64,000 nucleotides of DNA. Source: an uncultured Candidatus Saccharibacteria bacterium. Lineage in GTDB: Bacteria; Patescibacteriota; Minisyncoccia; Phycocordibacterales; UBA918. The notes below the pieces were generated by a model. That model had not been told where the DNA came from. It ran no database searches and worked only from the letters and a program-made list of their open reading frames with translations. The stretch is from positions 7,197 to 71,196 of the forward strand of contig CAZQIF010000002.1 of assembly GCA_964593375.1 (NCBI GenBank), in the 5' to 3' direction. A program made the position numbers and the translations under genes. Positions 7,695 through 17,002 of this stretch are shown one piece after another. Numbering within the stretch: position 1 is the first letter of the stretch; each line of letters starts with the position of its first letter.

Positions 7695-10226
7695 CTATTT
7701 CTCAATTATCTTCCAACTCCCCTCTGCAATAAGTTGCTCAGCTTTCTTAAATTTCAATTCTTTTATTTCGTCCCCGTTCGTAATTTTAACCATTTCATTT
7801 CGTCCAATTTTTTCTTCATGACGAACTGGCTCTGATGTTCTCCTGCTTCCACCCCCCGCCTCAACACCCCCGCCTGCAAGTTGTGCATGGGCCTGTGCTT
7901 TTCGAAGCTCCTCTTCTTCCTTCTCAACAGCAGAAACTTGAACAACTGGAATGAGTTCAGCAACACGATGGAGCGCTGCTTCTTCCATCTCTTTAAAGAG
8001 CCGAATGCCTTCCTTGCGATACTCGATGAGGGGATCCTGTTGGCCATAGGCGCGCAGGCTCACGCTTGAGCGCGTTTGTTGCATCACCTCGAGATGCTCA
8101 ACCCAGAGAATATCACTCACCTGGAGCATGAGCCTGCGCGCGATTTCATACCATTTCTCTTCACCAAGCTCACGCTTACGTGCCTCAATGCCTTCTTTCA
8201 CCTGTGGTGCATATGTCACCACTTCCTCAAGGAGTGCCTCAACATCATCATGTGCGCCAAGAAGGAGTCGATTCCTTCTATCATAAATAATTTGACGTTG
8301 TTGGTTGAGCACGTTGTCGTACGCGAGTACGTGCTTACGAGCATCAAAATGGAATCCTTCAATTTTCTTTTGTGCAGACTCGAGTGAGCGGGTAATCATG
8401 CTGTTTTCGATTGGCTGGTCTTCAGGGATACCAAAACGCCCCATCATGTTTTTGACCATATCGCTCGCAAATACGCGCATGAGGGAGTCTTCCATCGAGA
8501 CAAAGAATTGTGTTTCACCCAAATCACCCTGACGGCCGGCACGTCCGCGAAGCTGATTGTCGATACGTCGTGCCTCATGGCGCTCAGTACCCAAGACAAA
8601 GAGCCCACCGAGTGCACGCACTTCATCGGCTGCTTCTTTCGTTGCATTCGTGCCTCCGAGCTTAATGTCGACCCCACGACCCGCCATGTTGGTTGCAAGC
8701 GTCACACAGCCCTTTTTACCCGCATCAGCAATGATTTCACCTTCCCGCTCGTGATTCTTCGCATTGAGCATTTGGTGCGGTACGCCGGCTTTAGTGAGCT
8801 CAATACCGAATAGTTCATTTTTATCGATAGATGCGGTACCGATGAGTACTGGTTGCCCCTTTTCATGGAGTTCTTTCACCTTACGAATCACCGCCTGAAT
8901 CTTGCCCTTCTCTGTCTGGAAAATGAGGTCATTTCTATCAATACGCCTCACCGGCAAGTGTGTCGGGACAGGAATCACATCAAGTTTGTACACTGAGTAA
9001 AACTCTTCTTGCGAAGTAAGCGCCGTACCGGTCATACCCGCAAGCTTCTTGTACATACGGAAATAGTTCTGAAATGTAATCGACGCATACGTGCGTGACT
9101 CCTTTTGAATAGTCACACCTTCTTTTGCTTCGACTGCCTGATGGAGACCGTCTGACCATCTGCGTCCGGGTTGGAGTCGCCCCGTGAACTCATCGACAAT
9201 GACAACTTCATTATCCTTAACCACATACTCTTTATCGCGCATGTAGAGTGCCTTCGCGCGCACTGCAGTCTCAAGGTGGTGTACGTACTTAATACCACGG
9301 TCAGTGTAGATGTTCCCAATACCGAGAATTTTCTCAGCAGCCTCAACTCCTTCATCGGTAAGGGTTGCACTCTTCAACTTCTCATCAATGAGATAGTGCA
9401 CTTCCGGTTTAAGCTGATTCGCAATTTTTGCAAAAATCGTATAGAGATCTTCAGAATCCTGTGCGGGTGCAGAAATAATAAGTGGCGTACGCGCCTCGTC
9501 GATAAGAATAGAGTCAACCTCGTCGATGATTGCAAAGGAGTGTATGCGCTGGCGAAGATTCTCTGCATCAAATTCAATATTGTCGCGGAGGTAATCAAAA
9601 CCATACTCGTTGTTCGTTCCATACGTGATGTCGGCATCATATGCTTCACGTCGTGAACATGGTCGCAAAAAATCATACACAATTTTAAATGAACCTTGTG
9701 AATCACGTTCATCATCTTTGTTTTGATGATCAGCATCGTATCGATATGATTCGTTTTGATTGATGACACCAATCGTGAGTCCGAGTTTTGCATACACCTG
9801 TCCCATCCACACGGCGTCACGGCGTGCGAGATAATCGTTTACCGTGACCACATGCACTCCTTCACCAGTGAGTGCGTTTAAGTACGCGGGCAATGTTCCC
9901 ACAAGTGTTTTTCCTTCACCGGTGCGCATCTCAGTAATTTTTCCACGATGGAGAATCACACCACCGATGAGCTGTTCATCGTAGTGGCGCTGACCGAGGG
10001 TTCGCGTACTCGCTTCACGAACAAGCGCGAATGCTTCCGGCAAAATATCATCGAGTGTTTTCTTCAGGGTGAGTGCTTGTTTTAACTCGAGTGTTTTCGC
10101 TTTAAGCGCATCGTCAGAGAGCGATTTTATATCCGCTTCCAAAGCGTTGATTTTCTTAATTATAGGGCTTATTTCCTTGAGTTCTTTCTCATAGGTTGGG
10201 CCGAAAAATTTATCTAGAAACGACAT
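7695..10226 (-). CDS. secA: Preprotein translocase ATPase SecA
   Basis: EMRTGEGKT, VHVVTVNDYLARRD, YGTNNEYGFDYLRDN, IIDEVDSILIDEARTPLIIS, ATNMAGRGVDI, RRIDNQLRGRAGRQGD; C-terminal KIGRNE lacks the Zn-binding cysteines. Confidence 0.98.
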   Translation of the reverse strand: MSFLDKFFGPTYEKELKEISPIIKKINALEADIKSLSDDALKAKTLELKQALTLKKTLDDILPEAFALVREASTRTLGQRHYDEQLIGGVILHRGKITEMRTGEGKTLVGTLPAYLNALTGEGVHVVTVNDYLARRDAVWMGQVYAKLGLTIGVINQNESYRYDADHQNKDDERDSQGSFKIVYDFLRPCSRREAYDADITYGTNNEYGFDYLRDNIEFDAENLRQRIHSFAIIDEVDSILIDEARTPLIISAPAQDSEDLYTIFAKIANQLKPEVHYLIDEKLKSATLTDEGVEAAEKILGIGNIYTDRGIKYVHHLETAVRAKALYMRDKEYVVKDNEVVIVDEFTGRLQPGRRWSDGLHQAVEAKEGVTIQKESRTYASITFQNYFRMYKKLAGMTGTALTSQEEFYSVYKLDVIPVPTHLPVRRIDRNDLIFQTEKGKIQAVIRKVKELHEKGQPVLIGTASIDKNELFGIELTKAGVPHQMLNAKNHEREGEIIADAGKKGCVTLATNMAGRGVDIKLGGTNATKEAADEVRALGGLFVLGTERHEARRIDNQLRGRAGRQGDLGETQFFVSMEDSLMRVFASDMVKNMMGRFGIPEDQPIENSMITRSLESAQKKIEGFHFDARKHVLAYDNVLNQQRQIIYDRRNRLLLGAHDDVEALLEEVVTYAPQVKEGIEARKRELGEEKWYEIARRLMLQVSDILWVEHLEVMQQTRSSVSLRAYGQQDPLIEYRKEGIRLFKEMEEAALHRVAELIPVVQVSAVEKEEEELRKAQAHAQLAGGGVEAGGGSRRTSEPVRHEEKIGRNEMVKITNGDEIKELKFKKAEQLIAEGSWKIIEK

Positions 10227-10307
10227 TTTATATATACTAAATCAAAAGTCCTCATAGCATACCATGAAATGAGCCACGGAACAGATTCATCATAATTGGT
10301 CATTGGC

Positions 10308-10359
10308 AAGCACAAAACAAAACACTCTCTGCCGTCAGAGAGTGTTTTGTTTTGTGCTT
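10308..10359 (-). terminator. Perfect 24-bp hairpin, probable terminator of the Lys/Ala-rich micro-ORF
   Basis: aagcacaaaacaaaacactctctg-ccgt-cagagagtgttttgttttgtgctt. Confidence 0.7.
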
Positions 10360-10375
10360 TAGAAACCCGGTGCGA

Positions 10376-10483
10376 TTATTTTCGCTTTGCAGCTACCTTT
10401 CGCTTTGCGGTCTTCTTTGCAGCTTTCTTTTTTGCTGGTGCCTTCTTAGCAACCTTCTTAGCAGCTTTCTTTTTTGCTGGCAT
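10376..10483 (-). CDS. 35-aa histone H1/Hc1-like Lys/Ala-rich basic protein
   Basis: MPAKKKAAKKVAKKAPAKKKAAKKTAKRKVAAKRK*, with biased GCT/GCA/AAG codons and its own hairpin terminator; below the track size cutoff. Confidence 0.75.
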   Translation of the reverse strand: MPAKKKAAKKVAKKAPAKKKAAKKTAKRKVAAKRK

Positions 10484-10620
10484 TTTGAAATTGAAAATCT
10501 TAATTAATTAACAACTCGACCGCATCGTTCTCCTACAAAGAGCATTGTGTTGAGAGAATCTTTGCTTACATACATTATCAAACAAAAAAATATTTATCAC
10601 AATGAAAAATAAAAAAATTG

Positions 10621-10658
10621 TGTGGATAATTATTTTAAAAAATATTTTTTAAAATAAT
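10621..10658. promoter_or_regulatory. Consensus DnaA box abutting a 30-bp pure-AT perfect palindrome
   Basis: tgtggataa 10621-10629 (reverse complement TTATCCACA); attattttaaaaaatattttttaaaataat 10629-10658. Confidence 0.45.
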
Positions 10659-10743
10659 ATTTTATTTTTTTGTGATGCGAAAAAATTTGAAAATATTTTC
10701 TGCACGAATTTTTTTCTTCAGAAAAAATTTCGTGCATACTCAC

Positions 10744-11832
10744 TCACCCCATCATGCACACCTCCTCTTCTATCATGACTCCAAATTCAGTAAAAATAGT
10801 TTCTTTGATATGGGTCGCAAATGCTTCCATATCCGCTGCAGTACCACCTTTCACATTAATAAGTGATAGGGAGTGGAGTGGTGAAATTCCAACTGTTTCA
10901 TTAAATAGTTTCCCTGCAAAGCTTGTCTTGTTATATGGGGTACATTCCATGAGAAATGCTGTTGAAACCTTCACTTTTTTATCAGGGAGGACCCAGTACC
11001 ATGGTGTAAGTTTCTCTGATTTTTCGGGGTACTTTTCCTCAACTTTTGCGAGCACTGTTTTAAATGTTTCTGAATCAATAATCGTGTTTCTAAAAAATGA
11101 ACCTGCTGACTGATACATACCCTCAAGCATGCCAATGTTTTTTCTAATGGTGAGTACTACACGGCGAACATCACTCGGCGTTGGACTCTTGATTCCCTCT
11201 TCTGTAAGCAATCGTTCTATACTTTGCGAAGAACTTTTGTAGGTTGTGTGCACATCTTTTTTTTGAGAAAGTCTGAACGTAACGTGCGTGATGATACATT
11301 TTTTTCCTTCTTGTGTTTTAAAAAAACTATTGCGATATGCGAATTGACAATCATCATGCATCAAATATTTTTTTTCTTTTGTTGTTACGTCGAATACATC
11401 GACACTCGTAATGACGTCACCAACCGAAACACCGTACGCGTTGATATTTTGAATGGGAGCAGAACCGACACACCCAGGAATTCCTGATAGATTCTCAGGA
11501 CCCCATAAACCCTTTTCAGTCATTTCTTCGACAAACGCATCCCATGGTTCCCCTGCGCCGACATGAACCTCAACATATTCGGATGTGTCCGTTTTAATCT
11601 CGAAGCCACGGAGCTTCATGTGTATCACAAGTCCGCGTACACCTTCGTCTCTAATGAGTACATTTGAACCACCTCCCAGAGTGGTTACAGAAACTCCTTT
11701 CTCCTCTGCCCACAACACCGCCTCTTGGAGTTCCCCCAGAGTGGTAACTTCCACAAAAAATTCCGCGTTCCCGCCAATATGAAATGTCGTGAGCGGTGCA
11801 AGTGGAACGTTTTCTTTAATATGAATAGCCAT
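10744..11832 (-). CDS. murB: UDP-N-acetylenolpyruvoylglucosamine reductase
   Basis: LAPLTTFHIGGNA, LGGGSNVL, ENLSGIPGCVGSAPIQNINAYG, CQFAYRNSFFK, SAGSFFRN, FGVMIEEEV. Confidence 0.95.
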   Translation of the reverse strand: MAIHIKENVPLAPLTTFHIGGNAEFFVEVTTLGELQEAVLWAEEKGVSVTTLGGGSNVLIRDEGVRGLVIHMKLRGFEIKTDTSEYVEVHVGAGEPWDAFVEEMTEKGLWGPENLSGIPGCVGSAPIQNINAYGVSVGDVITSVDVFDVTTKEKKYLMHDDCQFAYRNSFFKTQEGKKCIITHVTFRLSQKKDVHTTYKSSSQSIERLLTEEGIKSPTPSDVRRVVLTIRKNIGMLEGMYQSAGSFFRNTIIDSETFKTVLAKVEEKYPEKSEKLTPWYWVLPDKKVKVSTAFLMECTPYNKTSFAGKLFNETVGISPLHSLSLINVKGGTAADMEAFATHIKETIFTEFGVMIEEEVCMMG

Positions 11833-12038
11833 AAACGACAAAGCTCATCTCCCGAGATGGCCAGTAGGTGCAAAGCTCCAAATTATATGAAAGTCTAATA
11901 TTGTGAGTGCCGCTACTAGCCATCTTGATAGACGAGCTCCTATTAGTATACACCCGAGGCGAGATATGCGAATGTGCTATTCCCAAGTAAGTGAGGTCGG
12001 AAATTTTTTGTTTGGGATAACTCTGCTGAAACAAAAAC

Positions 12039-12329
12039 CGCCCTACGGGCGCTGTAAATCCTACGGATTCTGTTCAGGTTGACGCTATTTTTCAAAATAG
12101 CTGGCAACCTCCCTAAATCAGAATCAAATTCTGATTTAGCCTTGTCGATATTTTACTTTCGGCATTCGCCTCAAAAAATATCAGTCAAGGTCTTGCGACA
12201 GTCCACTGGACTGTCTCACCCCACTCCTTCTGGGGTGGGAATTTTTTCGTTATGAGGTAAACCCTCATAACGAAAAAATCCCCACCCCAGGGATTTTTCC
12301 GTAGACTTTCATTTTTTCGAGTACTACGG
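12039..12329. other. Dense train of 8 hairpins; candidate structured ncRNA or composite repeat
   Basis: Stems at 12039-12051, 12057-12069, 12076-12110, 12113-12139, 12140-12190, 12197-12215, 12230-12290 and 12299-12329. Confidence 0.55.
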
Positions 12330-12377
12330 TGTAGCACTCTTGTCTATAAGTATACGATTCGTTATTACTCTCCGCAA

Positions 12378-14606
12378 CTACGGCTTCTTGATTTCAACAG
12401 CCTTCCCATCAATCTTCACCTCAGGCTGTGCGTTGGTATTATTCTTTGCGAGAAGACTTGCAATGAATTGTTCTGACTGACCTTTGAAGTCAGGGATGTC
12501 TTCCCCCGCCTTCGAAAGTACGCCGATTGCAGCCATCGTGTCCCCTGCCTCATCAAGAATGAATGCAAGGTTGACACGCACCTGTGGGTCAGTAGGATTC
12601 TTCAAAATGCGTGCATTGAAGATTTCTTTGAGCATATCATATTGCTTCATTTTGTATGCCGCCTGTACCGCTAAATCGTTCGCATACAGCTGGTCTTTGA
12701 GCCCATCCGTGTTGATGACCTCTGCAACAATTTCTGGCTTTCCAGCATACATTGCAGCTACTGCATAAAATACCGCCGCTTCAGTATATGACGGAGCAAG
12801 ATCATATGCTTCTTTGAAGATTCCAAGTGCTGTTTCATAATCTTCCTTTTGGAGGTATGCAAGCCCTTGCTCAAAGATAATTTGCTGTTTCTTAGGAGAA
12901 AGTTCACGCGCTATAGCGAGTTGTTCAATCGCTTTATCCACTTCTCCCGTCATACGATAAAACGAACTAATGAATACGTGCACGCGCGCATCACCTGGTT
13001 TTTCATCTATCTGCTTCAAAAGCTCCTCTTCGGTACGCGCTTTCATTTTTTGCTTTAGCTCATCGCTCGCATCAGGTGATTGAAGAATTGTCTGGGTTTG
13101 ACGCGTGAGCTGTTCACGAATTTCCTGATTACCAAAGGAACCACGACTGAGTGCAGTGTCAAACTCCTTAAGCATTGCTTCGGGACTCTTCGCGGAAAAC
13201 GCCCTAATGATACCTTGTGCTGCCTGAATACCAGGGACGTTTACAAAGTAAATAACCGCGACAAGTGCCACTGCAACGAGCGGGGCGGTGACTTGCTCAA
13301 CAACACGTATGTCAAACTTTCGTGTTTTGAGTGTGCCAATATCAGTTGCAACACGAGAGTGAATAAATGCGAGTATTGTGCCGAAGAAAACATAACTCAC
13401 GATGTTGTCGAACACGAAGATATTGTGGAAGACATACCCCGCAAGAAGACCCAGGAGCACACCGCGCTCAATAACCGTAAACGATTCGTCATTTTTAATA
13501 AGCGGACGAATGAAGAGGTAGAAGATTGCTGAGAGCAAAATCCCGAAGTACGCAATAAATCCAAGGACACCCCCTGCGACGAGCCAGTCGAATGCAATAT
13601 CGTGCACACGGTCGTACCATGATTCAGCGAAGTAAATTGATGGGTCGTACTGTTTGTTGAAGATGTAGTTGAAGTTACTCTGACCCCATCCGAGCACAGG
13701 GCGTTCCTTAAAGCCTTCCCACGCCATGTGCCAAATCTTAAAGCGCACACCACCTTCACTGAGGGTTATATTTGCTACGCGACCAAGGTACGGGTTGTTT
13801 TGGATGACTTCTGATTGGCGAAATGTGACAAAAAGACCCACAAGTACTACAAGCGCAATGAGTCCACCTGCAGCCGCTTTGCGAATACCTGGGTGTTCTT
13901 TGGTGAAGAGGGCGATGTACGCGGTTGTAATACCAAGTCCGCCCACCATACCAAGAATACTACCGCGGGTTGCTGTTTGGATGAGCAGATACACAAAGAG
14001 TAGCGTGAGTGATCCATAGAGATACCGCATACCCTGCGACTTTGTACGAAGAAGCATAAAGAGCGCAATGAAGACATGGAAGAGCATGTAGATTGCCATG
14101 TACGCGGAGTTGCCCAAGGTACCGTCAAGACGCCACCCTCCCTGATTGATGGTGATGTTTCCTGAAAGTTGGGCAAAGGCATAGAGCGCAAGAATCACCG
14201 CCGAAAGGAGTGTTGTGTTGAAGAATCGGCTCCAGAGTTTATCCGTCGTGAGCACACTTCCTACCACAAGCATGTAGAGGAAGGTGTGTACCAAGGTGAC
14301 ATACCCTTCCATACGCTCGAAGTTACTCCAGAAACTTGAGAGTGGATGTTCACCAAAGAGATTCGCAAAAAACATTACCACAAGGAGTGCACTGAAACTC
14401 CCGAGTATCCATGAAAACTTGGGGCGATACACCGGCTCATAGAGGGCGAGAATAATCCACGCAGCAAAAATTATTTCAACTATTATTCTAAACATGAAGT
14501 TCTTTCCCGTAATAAAGGGGAAGAACATCGAGTTGGCAATAATGAGGGGTATAAATGGAATGGCGAATATACCGAGGTATACCGCTCCTTTGACAATATC
14601 TTTCAT
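12378..14606 (-). CDS. O-antigen ligase/O-oligosaccharyltransferase (Wzy_C) family membrane protein with C-terminal TPRs
   Basis: About 13 TM segments; RLDGTLGNSAYMA, TATRGSILG, RFKIWHMAWEGFKERPVLGWGQSNF, YDRVHDIAFDWLVAGGVLG; TPR-like helices after about aa 520. Confidence 0.88.
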   Translation of the reverse strand: MKDIVKGAVYLGIFAIPFIPLIIANSMFFPFITGKNFMFRIIVEIIFAAWIILALYEPVYRPKFSWILGSFSALLVVMFFANLFGEHPLSSFWSNFERMEGYVTLVHTFLYMLVVGSVLTTDKLWSRFFNTTLLSAVILALYAFAQLSGNITINQGGWRLDGTLGNSAYMAIYMLFHVFIALFMLLRTKSQGMRYLYGSLTLLFVYLLIQTATRGSILGMVGGLGITTAYIALFTKEHPGIRKAAAGGLIALVVLVGLFVTFRQSEVIQNNPYLGRVANITLSEGGVRFKIWHMAWEGFKERPVLGWGQSNFNYIFNKQYDPSIYFAESWYDRVHDIAFDWLVAGGVLGFIAYFGILLSAIFYLFIRPLIKNDESFTVIERGVLLGLLAGYVFHNIFVFDNIVSYVFFGTILAFIHSRVATDIGTLKTRKFDIRVVEQVTAPLVAVALVAVIYFVNVPGIQAAQGIIRAFSAKSPEAMLKEFDTALSRGSFGNQEIREQLTRQTQTILQSPDASDELKQKMKARTEEELLKQIDEKPGDARVHVFISSFYRMTGEVDKAIEQLAIARELSPKKQQIIFEQGLAYLQKEDYETALGIFKEAYDLAPSYTEAAVFYAVAAMYAGKPEIVAEVINTDGLKDQLYANDLAVQAAYKMKQYDMLKEIFNARILKNPTDPQVRVNLAFILDEAGDTMAAIGVLSKAGEDIPDFKGQSEQFIASLLAKNNTNAQPEVKIDGKAVEIKKP

Positions 14607-14666
14607 CCTGATGGCAATTAGTTACTCATAAACTTAATGCCAAGAACTATACCATATCTCCTGCTA

Positions 14667-14805
14667 GGGTGAGAATACTACTAGTTTGTCGCAAAATGCC
14701 TCATGGGCTTTTCCTACTGAAACTGTCCACTCACTCCGTCCTTTCTCCCTTCAGTCGAAATTACTGGAGTGAGTCTTGCGAACGTGCCTCGCACGTTCTC
14801 ACCCC
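14667..14805. repeat. Structured element sharing the GTCTTGCGA-hairpin-TCTCACCCC motif with 12190-12222
   Basis: Terminal inverted repeat gggtgagaa/ttctcaccc; inner stems actcactcc/ggagtgagt and gaacgtgc/gcacgttc. Confidence 0.6.
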
Positions 14806-14925
14806 GAGGCTGAATGCGACATTATATATGCATCGTCGGCGGACGATTCCTCTGCTAGAACAAACACCAGGTTCCGCCCGCAGTGCCTCGTCGGATTTGC
14901 TGTGAGGTACTGAGGGCGGATGTTT

Positions 14926-16581
14926 TTACTTCCGCGAGATAATCCCACGAGAATGCAAGTAGTCAACAATCTCGTCCACGAGCCCCTCGGGGGTGTTTTC
15001 TTCAGTTTTAAGGGTAAGTTCTGGGTGTTCGGGTACTTCGTAGGGGTCATCAACACCGGTAAAGTTCTTTATGAGGCCTTTCCGTGCCTTTTCATAGAGC
15101 CCCTTCGTGTCCCTGCGCGCGCACTCTTCGATTGACGTATCAACAAAAATTTCAATGAATTCACCATAGTGCTCCACACGGTTGCGCACATGTCGTCGCG
15201 CTTCACGGTATGGTGCGATGAGGGAGCAAATCACGATGCCACCATGGCGCGCAATTTCGCTCGCGACAAAACCCACACGCTTCACGTTTTCATCACGATC
15301 TTCTTTTGAGAAGCCGAGGCCTTTTGAGAGATGGTTTCGAATTTCATCGCCATCAAGAAAGGTGACTTCCCTGTCTTGGAGTTCTTGAAGCCGTGCAAGA
15401 AGGAGTTGTGCGAGCGTTGATTTTCCAGAACACGAAAGTCCCGTGAAAAAGAGGACAATACCGGGGCGTGTGTCGCGTTTGACGCTCTCGCGGAGAATAT
15501 CGATACTCTCTTTAAATGAGAACCATTCAGGAATAGCTTCGCCCTCTCGAAGCTTGCGTCTAAATTCGGTACCAGAAATATTTTCAATTTCATCATCGGG
15601 TGTCACTTCATTCGTTGCAACATACGCACCACGCGTCTTTGAGTACGCGAGCTCGTCAGAGTCAACAATAATGATGCCTACTTCGTCGGCACACTTAAGT
15701 GCAAGCGCGCGTGCCTCATACGGACCATAGAAATCTTTCCCGTCGCTTCCCTTACCTGGGCCCGCGTGGTCACGCCCCACAATAAAGTGGGTGCACCCGT
15801 AGTTCTTTCGAATGATTGAGTGCCAGACTGCCTCACGGGGCCCCGCCATACGCATGGCAAGTGGAAGAAGTGAAAGTTCGGTGAAATCCTTACCGTAGGT
15901 ATTGCACACGATGTTGTACGTGCGTACACGGGTCACATAATCAATGTCGCCTGGTTTTGTCATCCCCACAACCGGATGCACGAGTACCGGCGCACCAATT
16001 TTTTGATTCGCGCGCTTCACGAGCTCAAAATGCGCACGGTGCATCGGATTGCGCGTTTGAAAACCAACCACCTTGTCCCATCCACGCTCTTTAAACAGTG
16101 CCTTGAGCTCTGCGGGTGTCTTTCTGAATTGTTTAAAATCGTTTCGCACGGGAAGCGCAATTTTTGTCACTGGGCCACCAATATAGGTATCCTGCATTTC
16201 ATCAAGCACATATTGCACGCCGGGGTGCATCTTATCGTTCGAGCCATACACATCGAGTACCTCTTTGAGTTTGTCGGGCATATAGCGAGAAGTGATATCC
16301 ATCGTCGCAAGTGGATTTCCGAACGGGTCACAGAGCAAAATACGGTCCCCAACCTTGTGTGGACTACTCGAAGGAATATCGAGCACAATCGGAATAGGAA
16401 AAATAGCACCATTCTTTAGATGCATCGTTTCAACAACAGACGTGTAGTCCTCTTCATTCATGAATCCAACGACCGGATGAAAACCGCCGACGAGCATGAC
16501 CTCAAGGTCATGGAGTGGTCGACCCTTTAAGTTAAGGCGTGGGAGATTAAGAATGTCGTCGTTGTTTTTGGTGTCTGGCAT
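14926..16581 (-). CDS. sat-cysC: Bifunctional sulfate adenylyltransferase / adenylylsulfate kinase (PAPS synthase)
   Basis: FQTRNPMHRAH, LAMRMAGPREAVWHSIIRKNYGCTHFIVGRDHAG; C-terminal FFTGLSCSGKST, LDGDEIR, LGFSKEDRDENV, RDTKGLY, FTGVDDPYEVP. Confidence 0.95.
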   Translation of the reverse strand: MPDTKNNDDILNLPRLNLKGRPLHDLEVMLVGGFHPVVGFMNEEDYTSVVETMHLKNGAIFPIPIVLDIPSSSPHKVGDRILLCDPFGNPLATMDITSRYMPDKLKEVLDVYGSNDKMHPGVQYVLDEMQDTYIGGPVTKIALPVRNDFKQFRKTPAELKALFKERGWDKVVGFQTRNPMHRAHFELVKRANQKIGAPVLVHPVVGMTKPGDIDYVTRVRTYNIVCNTYGKDFTELSLLPLAMRMAGPREAVWHSIIRKNYGCTHFIVGRDHAGPGKGSDGKDFYGPYEARALALKCADEVGIIIVDSDELAYSKTRGAYVATNEVTPDDEIENISGTEFRRKLREGEAIPEWFSFKESIDILRESVKRDTRPGIVLFFTGLSCSGKSTLAQLLLARLQELQDREVTFLDGDEIRNHLSKGLGFSKEDRDENVKRVGFVASEIARHGGIVICSLIAPYREARRHVRNRVEHYGEFIEIFVDTSIEECARRDTKGLYEKARKGLIKNFTGVDDPYEVPEHPELTLKTEENTPEGLVDEIVDYLHSRGIISRK

Positions 16582-16674
16582 ACGAATTGAAATTGATTGT
16601 GTCGGTCACTATTAATAAGCACACAGAGTATAACCGAACTTTGCGAAAAAAGTTACTCATTATAGGAACGACGG

Positions 16675-16701
16675 CACCGGCGCCCCGTAGGGGCGCCGGT
16701 G
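16675..16701. repeat. GC-rich 12-bp hairpin (GTAG-type REP-like or terminator) downstream of the toxin gene
   Basis: caccggcgcccc-gta-ggggcgccggtg. Confidence 0.5.
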
Positions 16702-16720
16702 TTCGTGGTAGTAAACTCCC

Positions 16721-16990
16721 CTATTCAAACAAATCAGAATGTGAACCTGTACGATACAAATGTACCGCAGTTTGTGTCACTTCATAAAGTAATAACCAGT
16801 CAGGCGCAATGTGACATTCAGTAACTCCCCTAAACTCACCCACAAGCACATGCGGAACTGCATTTGGTGGCAAAGGAGTTCCGACTACAAGTGCCCGAAC
16901 AATTCGAATAATCTTTTCTTGCATCCATCCACGTTTGGATACTCGCTTGAGGTCTTTTTTGAAGCGTGACGCTTGAACTATGGTGCACAT
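16721..16990 (-). CDS. yafQ: Type II toxin, YafQ/RelE family mRNA interferase
   Basis: FKKDLKR, HVLVGEFRGVTECHIAPDWLLLY, RTGSHSDLF. Confidence 0.92.
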   Translation of the reverse strand: MCTIVQASRFKKDLKRVSKRGWMQEKIIRIVRALVVGTPLPPNAVPHVLVGEFRGVTECHIAPDWLLLYEVTQTAVHLYRTGSHSDLFE

Positions 16991-17002
16991 GAATACAAAA
17001 CA

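Noticed and set aside
10296-10511. Plus-strand 71-aa Phe/Ala-rich ORF
   Set aside because: Antisense mirror of the Lys/Ala-rich micro-ORF, and it runs through the terminator hairpin
10570-10740. Replication origin
   Set aside because: Only one perfect DnaA box and no dnaA/dnaN nearby; kept only as a possible regulatory site
11843-12377. RNase P RNA, tmRNA or tRNA
   Set aside because: A ggtaaaccc resembles RNase P, but the GAGGAAAGUCC and terminal P4 motifs, tRNA-like ends and T-loop GTTCRA were not found on either strand by eye
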